NCBI RefSeq assembly: GCF_003918875.1
Contig: NW_025767331.1
Coordinates: forward strand, 124,001-188,000
Reading direction: 5' to 3'
Length of the DNA stretch: 64,000 bases
Origin: Haliotis rubra
Taxonomy: Eukaryota
In this document: one piece after another, positions 25,601-38,069 of the stretch
Numbering within the stretch: the stretch's first letter is position 1
Layout: the number at the start of each line of letters is the position of its first letter
Translations under genes and position numbers: made by a program
Notes under the pieces: generated by a model
The model's database searches: none
Seen by the model: only the letters and a program-made list of their open reading frames with translations
What the model was told of the DNA's origin: nothing

Positions 25601-28600
25601 GTGTTAGAAACCTTCGTCTGTGAACACAGTGTGTACGTCATTGGTGCAGTCTGTTCCTGGTCCTCTGTTGAAAACACTTCTGAATCAATTTCGTAGTGAA
25701 ATTGATTTTTGGGCTTGTCACACCCAGTTCTTATTTCAACTCCACCCGTCTGATGCTTCTTGTACAAACTTGGGACATGGACGTTGATATTTAAATATAT
25801 TCAACAGTAATTCGACATTCATGACCACGAACCGATGACGTTTCACCGTAGGATGACGTTGATGTTCAAATAACGTTTCGACGTTCAAGAATGGTTGGCG
25901 TTTCCAAGAAGATTGCCCTTAAGGTAGATTGACGTTTCAAGGAAGGCTGACGTTTCACGGAAGATTGACGATTCAAGGAAGTTTGACGTTTCAAGGAAAG
26001 AGGGCGTTTCACGGCAGACTGACGTTTCAAAGAAAGTTGACGTTTCAAGGAAAGAGGGCGTTTCACGGCAGACTGACGTTTCAAAGAAAGTTGACGTTTC
26101 AAGGAAAGTTGACGTTTCACGGACGTTTGAAGTTTCCTAGATTAAAATTTTGACGTTTTACGGTAGATTGACGTTTCCATGAAGGTTGACGTTTCACGTA
26201 AGTCTGAAGGTTGATGAAGTGTTCCTATAACGTGGATGACGTCTCACTTCACGGTTTTCTGCTGTTTCAGTACGTGCTCCCTGGCCTGATTGGTTTCATC
26301 TCCGCCTTCGTCAAACAAAAAGGAGTGGTAAGTTGACGACTCGAGTCTTCCCTAACATTGCTTTCTTCTATGGCGTTATATTTTGCAATATTGGGCGATA
26401 CAGCTACCTGACCATAATGTCACACTCTTCTATGGCGTTATATTTTGTCATATATCCTTTATATGTGTCTACAAAAAGGTCACTGATGAATTAAGATCTT
26501 AACTTCAAATTGCGGAAAAGTGAAATCTTCTGTTGTTGACATTACACGATGTCATAATGGTATATCGACGGAAGCCAGAATCAACGATCGCTGTGACAAG
26601 TCAATAAAACATACACGGATCAATGACCCCTGAACAGTGAACACAATTGACGGTTCTTTATCTGTTCACACTGCTCAGTATATGCTCTAGTGCTCTATAT
26701 CTTCCATTACATCCATCACATCACTGACATGTTGTTCTATTGTCTCCAGTACATCACTGACATGTTGTTCTGTTGTCTCCAGTACATCACTCACATAGTG
26801 TTCTTTTGTCTCCAGTACATCACTCACATAGTGTTCTATTGTCTCCAGTACATCACTCACATAGTGTTCTATTGTCTCCAGTACATCACTGACATGGTGT
26901 TCTATTGTCTCCAGTACATCACTCACATGGTGTTCTATTGTCTCCAGTACATCACTCACATGGTGTTCTATTGTCTCCAGTACATCACTCACATGGTGTT
27001 CAGCATTATCTCCCTTGTCGTCATGGGGATCTTCTTCCTGGTTGGACTCATTGCCATTCCTGGCCTCGTTACCATGAACACCAGACAGTGCGCCTCCATG
27101 GGAACCAAATGCCAGTGCCCGTAGGTCTCATTTGTGACTTATTGGTTGTTATGTAACCGCTATAGAAAATATATGCGTTTGTTGGAGCAAGAAAAGTGTC
27201 TTTATGCATGATTCAGAACTAAAACTTTGATAAGTTTCATTAAAGTTTAAATGGGCTACGACTGTTGAGAAATGATGAAAGTAGAAACTGCCCAGTATGT
27301 GTATGGGATGAATATCGTTCTTGTGCTTCTTATGATGTTGTTATGCTTTAAAAAATAACCAAAGACATATATCGCTTATCTAAATATGCATGTATTTAAT
27401 AATTAATAAGCCACTAACGACACCAAACACATGAAGTGATTCTACCTGTTTGTTTATCCACAGGCAAATTGTAGCGCAAATAGGTTTCCGCAACAAAGGA
27501 ATATGACCAGTCTTACGGGTTCCCATTCGCATATGGGAAGACTGGTCATTTTCTCTTTGTTGGGCAGCCCTATTTGCGCTACAATTTGCCTGTGGTTTAT
27601 CCCGTGTACGCTGGATATTGCAATTGGTCTATCTGTACATTGTTATTATAGCATTCCGAATAATAGTATTAGTGATTGCTGTAACGCTGATATCTGAATG
27701 ATATCACGAACGACTACAAAAAACACGAGCAATTTTAAATATGAAATACTGCCACCAAATAATAAAATCTTCCATGGGATAAAACAGGAATTCGGAGCCA
27801 GTACCAATGACCTGTGACGACTTGCACAGCATCTACGCCATGACTATCGTGCTCGCTCTCGTCTTTATCGTAGCATGGGTTCTCTCCCTTGTCGGCACTG
27901 TTCTCTCCGGCATCCTCGGCTGCAGACGCGAGGTAAGCGGCTTCATAACAACATCCATGCAACATCACCAGTAACTGTGAACATCTATAGCCTGCGTCAC
28001 CTCCATCCGATGATGCGCTGTGGTATAACTCAATACCGTCTAAGAGGCGTTAGACAGCCCAATAGTTGTGTAATTGGCACCCTGTGCTAATACGTCGTAT
28101 GCTGCGACGTAACGGCCGGTGAGGTTGTAGAACGTAGTGGGTTGTGTGTCATCACACCCACAGGATCGTTGATCATTATATCAACCACAGGAATTATAAG
28201 CTCCAGACCTACTACCGACAGGTCGCTGTCATACAGCGGGTATATTGCTAACTGTGACTGTTACAACATACCAACCTTTGTGTACTTGTCGTAAGAGGCG
28301 ACTAACGGGATCGGGTGGTCAGGCTCGCTGGTTTGGTTGACACATGTCATCGGTTCCCAATTGCGCAGACCGATGCTCATGCTGTTGATAACTGGATTGT
28401 CTGGTCCAGACTCGATTATTTACAGACCGCCGCCATATAGCTTGAATATTGCTGAGTGCGGCGTAAAACTAAACTCACTCACTCACTCACCTTTGGGTAG
28501 CGCTTAATATCGGAAGCTGATTGTTAGCATCAAACACCAGGGTGTAATCCCAGTAACACATGACAATTGTCATCCCAGTAACACATGACACATGTCATTC

Positions 28601-29414
28601 CAGTAACACATGACATGTCATCTCAGTAACACATGACACGTCATCTCAGTAACACATGACACGTCATCTCAGTAACACATGACACATGTCATCTCAGTAA
28701 CACATGACACATGTCATCCCAGTAACACATGACACATGTTATCCCAGTAACACATGACACATGTCATCTCAGTAACACATGACACATGTCATCTCAGTAA
28801 CACATGACATCTCAGTAACACATGACACATGTCATCTCAGTAACACATGACACATGTCATCCCAGTAACACATGACACATGTTATCCCAGTAACACATGA
28901 CACATGTCATCTCAGTAACACATGACACATGTCATCTCAGTAACACATGACATCTCAGTAACACATGACACATGTCATCTCAGTAACACATGACACATGT
29001 CATCCCAGTAACACATGACACATGTCATCTCAGTAAGGTTGGTAACACTGACTCCCAAATTCGCTCTGCACTGTTGCATTCCACAGCTATGTTTTAGGTT
29101 CGACTTTCTTTTCGCCCTGATTGCTTCTAAGTTTGTCAACACCAATTTTATTAGAATCATAAAGGTCCAAGACCTAAATCACTTCATGTTGTGCTGTACC
29201 TGATAAATGTGGCGTTAAAACTAAAACTGACTCAATACTTCCTTCACAGCCTGTGGGCATCATCATCCATAGGTCCCCCAACACAACCGCCACTGTCGTC
29301 GGTGTGATGCCGAGGATGATACGGACGACGCCAACAGGGTACACTCCCCTCCAGGTGGAGTACCAACCCCATGAGATGCACGACAAGGCCAGTCTGGTCG
29401 CCAACATCATCTAG
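19631..29414 (+). CDS. MS4A/CD20-like four-TM protein, paralog 2 (236 aa using the last exon-4 acceptor); exons 19631-19694, 23097-23236, 26271-26327, 26981-27120, 27788-27932, 29250-29414
   Basis: Same exon phases as paralog 3, with exons 1, 3 and 4 the same size (64, 57, 140 nt). Open 711-nt frame MATRHGQNVANGVISVTVLVLG/VIVSIVLSAF...SSIWTLGLF/YVLPGLIGFISAFVKQKGV/YITHMVFSIISLVVMGIFFLVGLIAIPGL...CQCP/NSEPVPMTCDD...GILGCRRE/PVGIII...ANII*. Confidence 0.85.
19771..19905. repeat. 37-bp tandem repeat (about 3.5 units) in intron 1 of paralog 2
   Basis: gtggtctcccaacccagagtccccacgaagccggaca starting at 19771, 19808 and 19845. Confidence 0.9.
20435..20606 (-). mobile_element. SINE family B
   Basis: Full length; ctgatgatgag on both sides (TSD). 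Confidence 0.9.
21226..21393 (-). mobile_element. SINE family B (gtca-tail variant)
   Basis: Full length; TSD caat(c/t)caggtaga. Confidence 0.9.
21661..21777. mobile_element. Small MITE (possibly PIF/Harbinger-like)
   Basis: Imperfect TIRs gggctcctttcac / gtgaaaggagaccc with ctg at both ends. Confidence 0.55.
22139..22235 (-). mobile_element. SINE family B, 3' fragment
   Basis: Tail and body match the family consensus. Confidence 0.8.
22685..22789 (+). mobile_element. SINE family B, 5'-truncated
   Basis: TSD tacagataa. Confidence 0.85.
23750..24333. repeat. 44-bp minisatellite (about 13 units) in intron 2 of paralog 2
   Basis: Unit gaatatatagatgttaaacgtagtatatttacatcaggtgtgtt. Confidence 0.95.
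24718..25443. mobile_element. Non-autonomous DNA transposon with GG..CC termini and 8-bp TSD
   Basis: Imperfect TIRs ggtcatgtcccattagtcatacgcccactagtcata / tatgactagtgggacgtatgcctaatgggatgacacc; flanks gtaacaag and gtaactag. Confidence 0.7.
25835..26245. repeat. Degenerate 18-bp minisatellite just upstream of exon 3 of paralog 2
   Basis: ttgacgtttcaaggaaag-type units. Confidence 0.9.
26718..27001 (+). repeat. 33-bp splice-acceptor array: 8 in-frame CAG acceptors for exon 4 of paralog 2
   Basis: Possible exon starts at 26750, 26783, 26816, 26849, 26882, 26915, 26948 and 26981; no in-frame stop (ORF 26690-27124). Confidence 0.95.
28286..28489 (+). mobile_element. SINE family C, 5'-truncated
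   Basis: cttgtcgtaagaggcgactaacggg through to the ctca tail; TSD acctttg(t/g)gta. Confidence 0.85.
28548..29036. repeat. 25-bp minisatellite with an internal quasi-palindrome
   Basis: Unit c(c/t)cagtaacacatgacacatgtcat. Confidence 0.95.
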
Positions 29415-31496
29415 AGCACCTGCAGAAGGAGCATGTGATTCTTCCGCACTACAACTTATGCTTGAGAATGATATATGTCCCAAGAGCTTGCATGTCGGCA
29501 AACCTACACGATACCCTGGGTTTCTTCACCTGGTTCTCGCGATCTCAAATTACCCGCAACAGATTTTCCTCAGACAAATTCATTTACTTCTCTGCTCAGT
29601 CTAACGGATCATTCATACGATGACAAGTGAGCCTTAACGCCGCTTTGAGCTATATTCCAGCAAATATCACAGCGGAGCACACCAGAAATAAGCGTCTGTA
29701 GCCTTCCGGGAGAAGTGTATTGCTAGAACGGCGTATATTTGAACGACTGCTCAGAGACGAGTTGCCTCCGGAACCAACCGGAACCAGCTTTGGAAGCCAT
29801 GTAGAAATATATATTACGTGCGCTTAGCTAAATACTTACTAGCCATACCTCTCACGTTCAACTAATAACACACAAACTAAATCAAGATAATATATTCTTC
29901 CTTTCATGTAAGGATGACGTCTTAAATGTGTTTTCTGACGTGCATTTAAAATATTAAATTCTGTTAAGTAATAAACTGGAAGACACTTCTCCAAACCTAA
30001 GATGTGTTCTCTGAACCTACCATTTGTTCTCTAAACCTACCATTTGTTCTCTACACCTACCATTTGTTCTCTAATATACTTCATCTATCCACTTCAGCCT
30101 TTTAATGGACACGTTAAAAGATGTCGTGATGGATGAAGTGGATGGATGATGTGTATTACAGAACAATTTTTAGGTTTGGAGTTAGAACAAATGTCAGTAT
30201 GATGTGTCAAGCGGTCGTGACGACGTCCACTGTAGTGGGTAAAACGACGACAATATGTTGCTCAACTTCTGTTTGCTGATAAACACCAGAGAGTATTTAC
30301 TATCTCACCATTTGTAATTGTGTTTTGTTCAGTTGGATATTTGATCTGCAGTTCCTACTGTTTGAAGAGACTTTGGTTGCTTGTAAGCCAGCGATGTTAT
30401 TTTATTAAACTCGAATTTTCATCTTCATTCGTGTCAAACTCTGGTTGTCTGGTTTACTCCGAACGTCTTTCAATGGAGCTGGGTGAATCACTGTGATGCC
30501 CTATTCGCTGTGTCACTTACGCGAAAGTCTTCCATAGTATCAAGATACAGTATTGATAGTAAATGTGTACAGGCTAACGGAGGGTGAATCGAGGGTTTAC
30601 TTGTGGTGTAGGTAGGTCAGGCATGGGGGTTGAGGGGACCCCGATGATAATCACAGAGCAGTAACTTGACGGGGATCCCGATGATAATCACAGAGCAGTG
30701 TTTGATGCTGTATGCCCTTGTCCCGTGTTCCACTCTGTCGCCTGGGCGCTGATCGTAGCTCCTACCTTTTAACACCGTCTTTCGGAATGCTTGTTTACCT
30801 TTGCGCTTGAATCGTGTTTTTATCATTTTTAAACAGCTCGTATATTTAAGTAGATACTTTGAGAGGTTAATAAATCAAAACAAGCGCCACCACGTGTGCT
30901 GTAAATCGGAACTCGAGCAGCAAATACCAACAGAAATGGTTTACAGTCCCGTAAAAACATATTTCACTCACAGCACATAATCACCGTTTACTCTATAAAG
31001 CCCCAAAACAAACATGAAAGTTATACACATGAACATTACACCCTGATAAAAGTTAAACCGAGAAGGTAATACTCTCAATCTAGGTTATATCCCCGTGTGA
31101 TTCTGATGGCGAGCGTATACAATCCTAATTTATATCTGCAATCATTGTTAAACACATATCCATGTTTTCAAAAGGTCAGTTACGTGTACACAGGTTTGGT
31201 CAAGTTAAAATGGTAAATGGAATTAAAGATACAGAGTATGACCTTTGGAGATATAAGGTGGATTGCCGCCTGGTGAGTAAGCCAAGCAGCCCAGAGGTAG
31301 TATTGCAAGCCATTCGGAAATCCTTTAAAGAAGACTTCTTTTCTTAGCAGCCTTAGTTTCTATGGAATTAGGTCTAAACACAAGTATCGCAAAATTCTGG
31401 GGGCTGATGAGGATGTGGCAACCTGGAGTTGTAGGTTGGAGAGGCCGATGTTCCAAGTAACTGAACTGAAGCACATCTAATGAGAGGAACAGGATG

Positions 31497-31667
31497 ACTG
31501 ACTGACTGACTGAGTTTAGTTTTACGCCGCTTTTAGCATTATTTCAGCAACATCACGGCGGGGGACACCTGAAATGGGCTTCACACATTGTACCCATGTG
31601 GGGATTCGAACCCGGGTCTTCGGCGTGACGAGCCAACACTTTAACCACTAGGCTACCCCACCGCCCC
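31497..31667 (-). mobile_element. SINE family B (gtca-tail variant)
   Basis: TSD ggaacaggatga. Confidence 0.9.
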
Positions 31668-32224
31668 GGAACAGGATGAGATGCTGTGTTCACGACTGTG
31701 GGATGATTTACACTGGTATCTTTAGAGTCTATCTCGATACAAATATGATACCATATCTAATTTTGATGACTTAAGAAAGTGCCCTGGGAAACAAAATGCA
31801 CTTAAGACCAAACCCAAGTCAGTTACTCTGAAGATGGACTCGACTGCTGAGACTGCCGATATCGACACCTTTGGGATTTAAAGGGCGTGATGAAGGATAT
31901 GAAAGCAGAAATCTCAAAGATTAAAAAACAACAGACGCAGATAATATCTGTTCACGTATACCAGGGTCAGTCATGTTTACAGCCCATTCTAGAGAGCTAC
32001 GAGGACAGGCAACTCAGAGTGGTTAATGAAGAGAAAGAGACAGGGTGTGGACAAAATGCTACATGGAGGGGAGAACAGGTATGTCCAACAGGGTACAGCT
32101 GTATCTCCGTAGCAGCACCTAGCTTGCTGCAGTCTCGGCCTTTAGGTAAACGTACCAGGACAGACAACCTCAGGTAAGACACCTGCATGTGGGTACCCTG
32201 GCCATTTAGGTTCTGGTTGTGATG

Positions 32225-32971
32225 TCATCAGAGGGGACCAGTGGATAGGGAAACTAGTATTGGATCATCAGAGGGGCCAGTGGATAGGGAAACTATTATT
32301 GGATCATCAGAGGGGACCAATGGATAGGGATACTATTATTGGATCATCAGAGGGGACCAATGGATAGGGAAACTATTATTGGATCATCAGAGGGACCAGT
32401 GGATAGGGGGACCACTATTATTGGACATCAGAGGGACCAATGGATAGGAATACTATTATTGGATCATCAGAGGGGACCAATGGATAGGGATACTATTATT
32501 GGATCATCAGAGGGGACCAATGGATAGGGATACTATTATTGGATCATCAGAGGGACCAGTGGATAGGGAAACTATTATTGGATCATCAGAGGGACCAGTG
32601 GATAGGAAACTATTATTGGACTCAGAGGGATTATTGGATCATCAGAGGGACCAATGGATAGGGATACTATTATTGGATCATCAGAGGGACCAGTGGATAG
32701 GGATACTATTATTGGATCATCAGAGGGACCAGTGGATAGGGAAACTATTATTGGATCATCAGAGGGACCAGTGGATAGGGATACTATTATTGGATCATCA
32801 GAGAGGGACCAGTGGATAGGGATACTAGTATTGGATCATCAGAGGGGACCAGTGGATAGGGATATTAGTATTGGATGGATCATCAGGGGACCATTGGATC
32901 ATCTTACCAATGGATAGGGATACTATTATTGGATCATCAGAGGGGACCAGTGGATAGGGATACTATTATTA
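32225..32971. repeat. 39-40-bp minisatellite (about 19 units)
   Basis: Unit ggatcatcagaggggaccagtggatagggatactattatt. Confidence 0.95.
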
Positions 32972-33255
32972 GTTGTCAACACCCCTACACATAGGCTACT
33001 GCCACAAGGAATTGTAGGAGTGAGTACATTTTGAAACAACTCGTTGTAAGATAAATGGTATCTGGCAGACACGAGTACAGTAATCTGTTTCTTACACATC
33101 ATGCAATCGCACCTTTTTATGGTCGAATAGTTTCAAATTTCATATTTTCTCATCGTAGCGGCACAATAATACACAACACAACGTTTATGAATGAGTAACG
33201 TCACTTGGCTTCCTAATCACTACTCATCGCCATGGTGACCCTCCACAAAAAAGCA

Positions 33256-33354
33256 CATGGGCACAATTTGTGAAGCCCATTTCTGGTGTCCCCCGCCGTG
33301 ATATTGCTGGAATATTGCTAAAAGCGGCGTAAGTCAGTCAGTCAGTCAGTCAGT
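33256..33354 (+). mobile_element. SINE family B, 5'-truncated
   Basis: Body plus (gtca)n tail; ccacaaaaa on both sides. Confidence 0.8.
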
Positions 33355-33925
33355 CCACAAAAACGTAACTGCCACCTCTTCGCGTCATCAAGCCAGTAGT
33401 GATAATGCAAAGTAGATAAGATCACAGAAAATTAATTAAACACTCTAAAACGATGATGTTACCATGTAAATGTGGACAATTTTAATTCTTGCAAGCATGA
33501 AATACTTGAGCGTGTGACGTCATCGTTTGGTGGTTGTCGTCATCGGAAGATTGTTTTGGATATCTCTGCACATTGGGGATCTGTACTTGTGTACCAGTGT
33601 ACGTTCAATGTGCTCCCATTGACCGGAGCCAAAACTATTGAGTGTGTGTAATTAGGTGCACCCAGTGTGCTTGAATGTGACATTGCTGAGGTTACGTTCA
33701 CTATCAATGGCGGACTACTCTTCTTCGTCACAGCCTTCTCGTTTTCCCGAGCCAGACACTACCACTTGGAATGTAACGGAATTTACGGAGTTGTCAGTAT
33801 GAAATGACTTGATTACATCCTGTATATGTTATCAAGACATAAACTTTGCATTATCATGCGTCGTCGGAATATCTTGAGCAATGACTTATGTGTAGATCAA
33901 CCGTTCCTGCACATGTTCCAGGGGC

Positions 33926-34089
33926 NNNNNNNNNNNNNNNNNNNNNNNNNNNNNNNNNNNNNNNNNNNNNNNNNNNNNNNNNNNNNNNNNNNNNNNNNNN
34001 NNNNNNNNNNNNNNNNNNNNNNNNNNNNNNNNNNNNNNNNNNNNNNNNNNNNNNNNNNNNNNNNNNNNNNNNNNNNNNNNNNNNNNNNN
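33926..34089. other. Assembly gap (164 N)
   Basis: Run of N. Confidence 1.
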
Positions 34090-34214
34090 ACTCTTGACAA
34101 AGGGTCGGGTGTGGAGTGGCACACTTCAATTTCACGAGAGTTTCAATGGTCATTTAATAAACTTTCAGGACAAAACGGGGGTTGCGCACCCCTCCGATCT
34201 CACAACGGACCAGA

Positions 34215-34570
34215 ACCGCCTCCGTGGTGTAGTGGTTAGAGCATCCGCCCGGGGAGCGGAAGGTCGCGGGTTCGATCCCCGGCCGCGTCATACCAACAGA
34301 TGTTAAAATATGGTACTTGTTGGTCCCTGCTTGGCGCTCGGCATTAATGGGTACAACAAGGACTGGTAGGCTCGGAGTCAGTATAATGTGTCTGAGTGGG
34401 GTATTCATGCTTCACTGCGGCATGGTATCTCAGTGGGCTAGCACTATAAAACCAGCTGAAGTCTGGGATAGAACAAGCAGCCGCACATACACATACACAC
34501 GCATGTTAGTCGTCATATGAGCGAAATATTCTCAAGGACGACGATAAACCCAATTTCACCTCACCTCACC
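34215..34570 (+). mobile_element. SINE family A, full length (tRNA-Arg-like head)
   Basis: A box gtggtgtagtgg, B box ggttcgatcc, (tcacc)n tail, TSD tcacaacggacca at 34200-34212 and 34571-34583. Confidence 0.9.
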
Positions 34571-35689
34571 TCACAACGGACCATCCTCGATAATCTCCAG
34601 GGTATACGTTACGATAAATTTCCACTAGTATAGTATACAATCTCCAGGGTATACATTCCGATAAAGCTCAACTATACTAAGTGGAGATTTCATGACTGGA
34701 AATCAAAAGTTTTAATAAAAGGAATTAGAAAATAGATTCGTGTTATATTTATTCTAATTGTGTTTCATTGTATAAATACCTGTTTATGTTGCAATCGCGA
34801 AAATAACAGGTAGGTGTAAAGGTTTTTTTGGCACGAGTAACAGGTTTCTGTTCGAGTAACTTATCAATTAATTTTAATCTGGAAAGTAGTCGGTCATAAC
34901 CTTACCCTAGGTCATCACCATAGAGTAGCCAATCACGGGATTAGAAATCGATCTCACAAATAGTGTGATACCAGTTTTCTCACATGGGTTTCTGACCCAC
35001 GGGTGTGTGAGAAAAGAGAAGGAAATCAAGATTGAGCAGTATAACATGAATACCAAAGACTGGAACCATGCACAAACCAGAAGCCGTTGCCAACCGTCAT
35101 AGAGGGATTGGAGGACCGCATCAAGCCAGGCAGAAGGACATGACAATTGTTGAAGAAGAATGTTTTTTACTGTGTTGTCAACTAAGATGGAACCGAACAG
35201 GAGCCACTTGTTCTCCCTTCACAGGTGTCGAGCTGCAGAATTTAGGTGTCTTCGTGAAAATGTTTGACATCCAGGAAGAGACAGGGCAGTTTTGTCCTCG
35301 GAAGATTTTACTTGTCCGGTATGAAATAGGCTATTAAGGTTCACATAGAATCCCGTGGCAGATTCATAAAACGAAAACGCAAGTCCGCCATCTCAGTTCG
35401 TGCACCTCCGGTTAGCATCACCACATCACACTCGCTTTGACTGGTTTGTATGGATTGTTTTACATTGGAACTTTCTCCAGGTGGTCAGAAATATGTTCTT
35501 GTGATTACAGACGACTTTACTCGATATGCACAGGCGTATCTGGCGAACACTTCAGCAACAACCACATCAGAGTTATTCTTTAACAATTTAGTGGTCCACT
35601 GGTTCGCCCAAAAGGTTTCACTCAGATAAGGGAGCCAGTATTGTTGGAAAGGCAATGACTGAGCATTGTCACATTCTAAAGATCAACAA

Positions 35690-35960
35690 GTCCTCCATAA
35701 CACCGTACCTTGGAAGGGATTGCACAATTGTTGGATTTGTGTTTGGGGAATCTTCGGCATTCCTCCTGCAACGCGTTGGCAAGTTCTGTAAGTGTCTGAG
35801 GACGACGGTGACGTTTGCGGACGCGTCGATCAAGTTCGTCCCATATATGCTCGATCGGATTCAGATCAGCCGATTTGGAAAACCGGGGAAGGACATTGAC
35901 ATTTGCATTAGCGAGATCGTTACACGAGCTGTGTGGGGTCGAGCGTTGTTGTGTTGAAAA
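35690..35960 (-). mobile_element. Tc1-type transposase C-terminal fragment
   Basis: SADLNPIEHIWDELDRRVRKRHRRPQTLTELANALQEE in ORF 35676-36077. Confidence 0.85.
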
Positions 35961-36546
35961 CAGCAACGGCTGCATCGGCTGCATCGGGTGGTGGCACCAG
36001 GAACGCCCCTTGTGTCGACGCATGTTCAGTGAGTGAACTGAATTAATGCTGACAATGACAACAATGCAAATGGTCATCCGTGTGTCGAATTTCCTTCATC
36101 TGTGTTCAATCTTAATCGACATTTATAGTATTATGTACACTTAAGTACGTTTAATACATTTCCTAAATTTTGGCCGGTCCGTTTCTTTTTTTTAAAAGAG
36201 TTTTTATCTTTGGACACGTTTTAGCTCAATTTAGGTTAAAAATACACGACGGTCTCTATGGACATTGTCCAATGTCGGTTTAAATACAATTTCTGACTTT
36301 TATAACAGAGAGCGCCTATGAGACAAGGTGCGTGGAATGGTTACACATTGTCGCACTGCCACGATTTGGTTAATTTTGAGAGGTCTTGCGTGTTTGTGAG
36401 GGCGACAACGCGACGATGCCCCACGGGATCCCATAGATTTCCCAGCCACCCACCTGCTGGTTGCATTTCGTGCTGACCAGAGTGACAAGGAACCTTCAGA
36501 ACGGCGCTAAACTATTTGTTCCTCAAAGTATATTGACAATGAAATA

Positions 36547-38069
36547 TACTGAGTCAAAAAAGAAACTTCACATTCTTTCTTCAGGGCACTATAAAAGAAC
36601 AAGAGATGGTAAGATTGTTAAATTGTTATTATTTCATTGCTGAGATCTGTGTGATGTACTCGATACACTGACAGTGCCATAATCAGTTCCATTAGGCTAC
36701 ACCGCCGTTCCAAAACAGGGGTATACAGAATGTCAAGTCACAAGAATACAAATGCGAAATTTCTCAGTTCAATATCGTGTATGGCCGCCCCGCGCATTCC
36801 CCACTGCCAAACTGTCTCCTCATCGACTGCCTGATGCTTGTGAACACGTGGTTGGGGATTCTGCGCCATTGCTCTTGCAAGGCAGCGCCAAGTTCCTGCA
36901 AATTCTGAGGTTGGTTCCTAAGACCACGAAGCCTTCTCCCAAGTGCATCCCAAACGTGCTCTATTGGATTAAGGTCAGGGGATCTCGATGGCCTGTCCAT
37001 GACGTTGATTCCAGCGTTTTGAAGGAAATTTCGTGTCAACATCGAGGTATGCGACCGAGCATTATCATGCTGGAACTGTAGACCTGGGCCATGAGCCCCC
37101 ATGAAAGGAACGAGTTCAGGGGTGAGCACCTGGTCGCGGTAAGCAGCAGCTGTGAGGTTTCCACGGATGACCAGAAGTCGGGAACGGTTGTTCCCACAGA
37201 AAGCACCCCACACCATGCAACTTCCGCCCCCGAATCTGTCGACTTCCTGTACACAACATTGGGCATACCGTTCACGACGTCGTCTCCAGACTCTATGCCT
37301 GCCGTCCGCAAATCTGAGGCTAAACCTGGATTCATCGCTAAAGACGACTCGATTCCAGTCTCTCTGGGTCCATCGGAGGTGACGTTGGGCCCACAGCAGA
37401 CGTTGACGTTGATGAAACGGCGTCAATATTGGCCCACGATATGGACGTCGAGAATGGCAGCCCGCAACCGATTTCGAATGGTCTGTGAGGACAGTCGACC
37501 TCTAAACATCTCAGCCCTGGTTCGTGTAGCTGGCAGAAATCTGTAACGTAGGTGACGTAGGACGATTTGACGGTCTTCTGCTCGTGACGTCACACGTGGA
37601 CGACCCGACCTTGGGAGATCAGAAGTGGTGCCAGTTTGTTGTAGACGACCTCGCAAGTCATACACAGTACGACGGCTGCATCCCATTGCTCTTGCGACAT
37701 CAATAACTGATCTTCCCGCTTGCAACATGCCAACGGCACGTTCACGTTGCACATTTGACAATCGTGGCATTTCAAGTACCTTTAGAACTGTGGTTTAAAA
37801 GTGTTTTTTCAATTCTTAAGGCCAATGCAAACATGTGCATATGAAGAAAACTTCGATGCGAAGATCACGTGATCGACTGCACGTGCAAAACCTGATTTGG
37901 CACTAACGTCATTTGCACGACGAATGGATGGGTTTGAGTGGGTTTTGCTAACGTTTCTCTAGAGTCGAAAGATAGGGATCCCATTTCGGATACATAGATG
38001 TATCATCAGAGAAAAATTATTCATTATTTTTCAAATTACATTTTGTGAAGTTTCTTTTTTGATTCAGTA
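36547..38069 (-). mobile_element. Tc1/mariner (DD34E) DNA transposon, full length, frameshifted transposase
   Basis: TIRs tactgagtcaaaaaagaaacttcaca / tgtgaagtttcttttttgattcagta with TA TSDs. Confidence 0.95.
36764..37770 (-). pseudogene. Tc1 transposase, split into ORFs 37423-37770 and 36764-37426
   Basis: Paired-like HTH with RSGRPR, then FSDES, QHDNAR and SPDLNPIEH; 34 residues separate the second D and the E. Confidence 0.9.

Noticed and set aside
25866-26153. KRQLSL / RLTFQG repeat ORFs
   Set aside because: Intronic 18-bp minisatellite with no start or splice support.
33826-34239. ORFs containing X runs
   Set aside because: Artefacts of the assembly gap.
34215-34290. tRNA-Arg-like and tRNA-Asp-like sequences as tRNA genes (also at 18666, 38428, 60051)
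   Set aside because: They are SINE heads: they continue into conserved bodies and tails, several have TSDs, and they lack proper acceptor stems.
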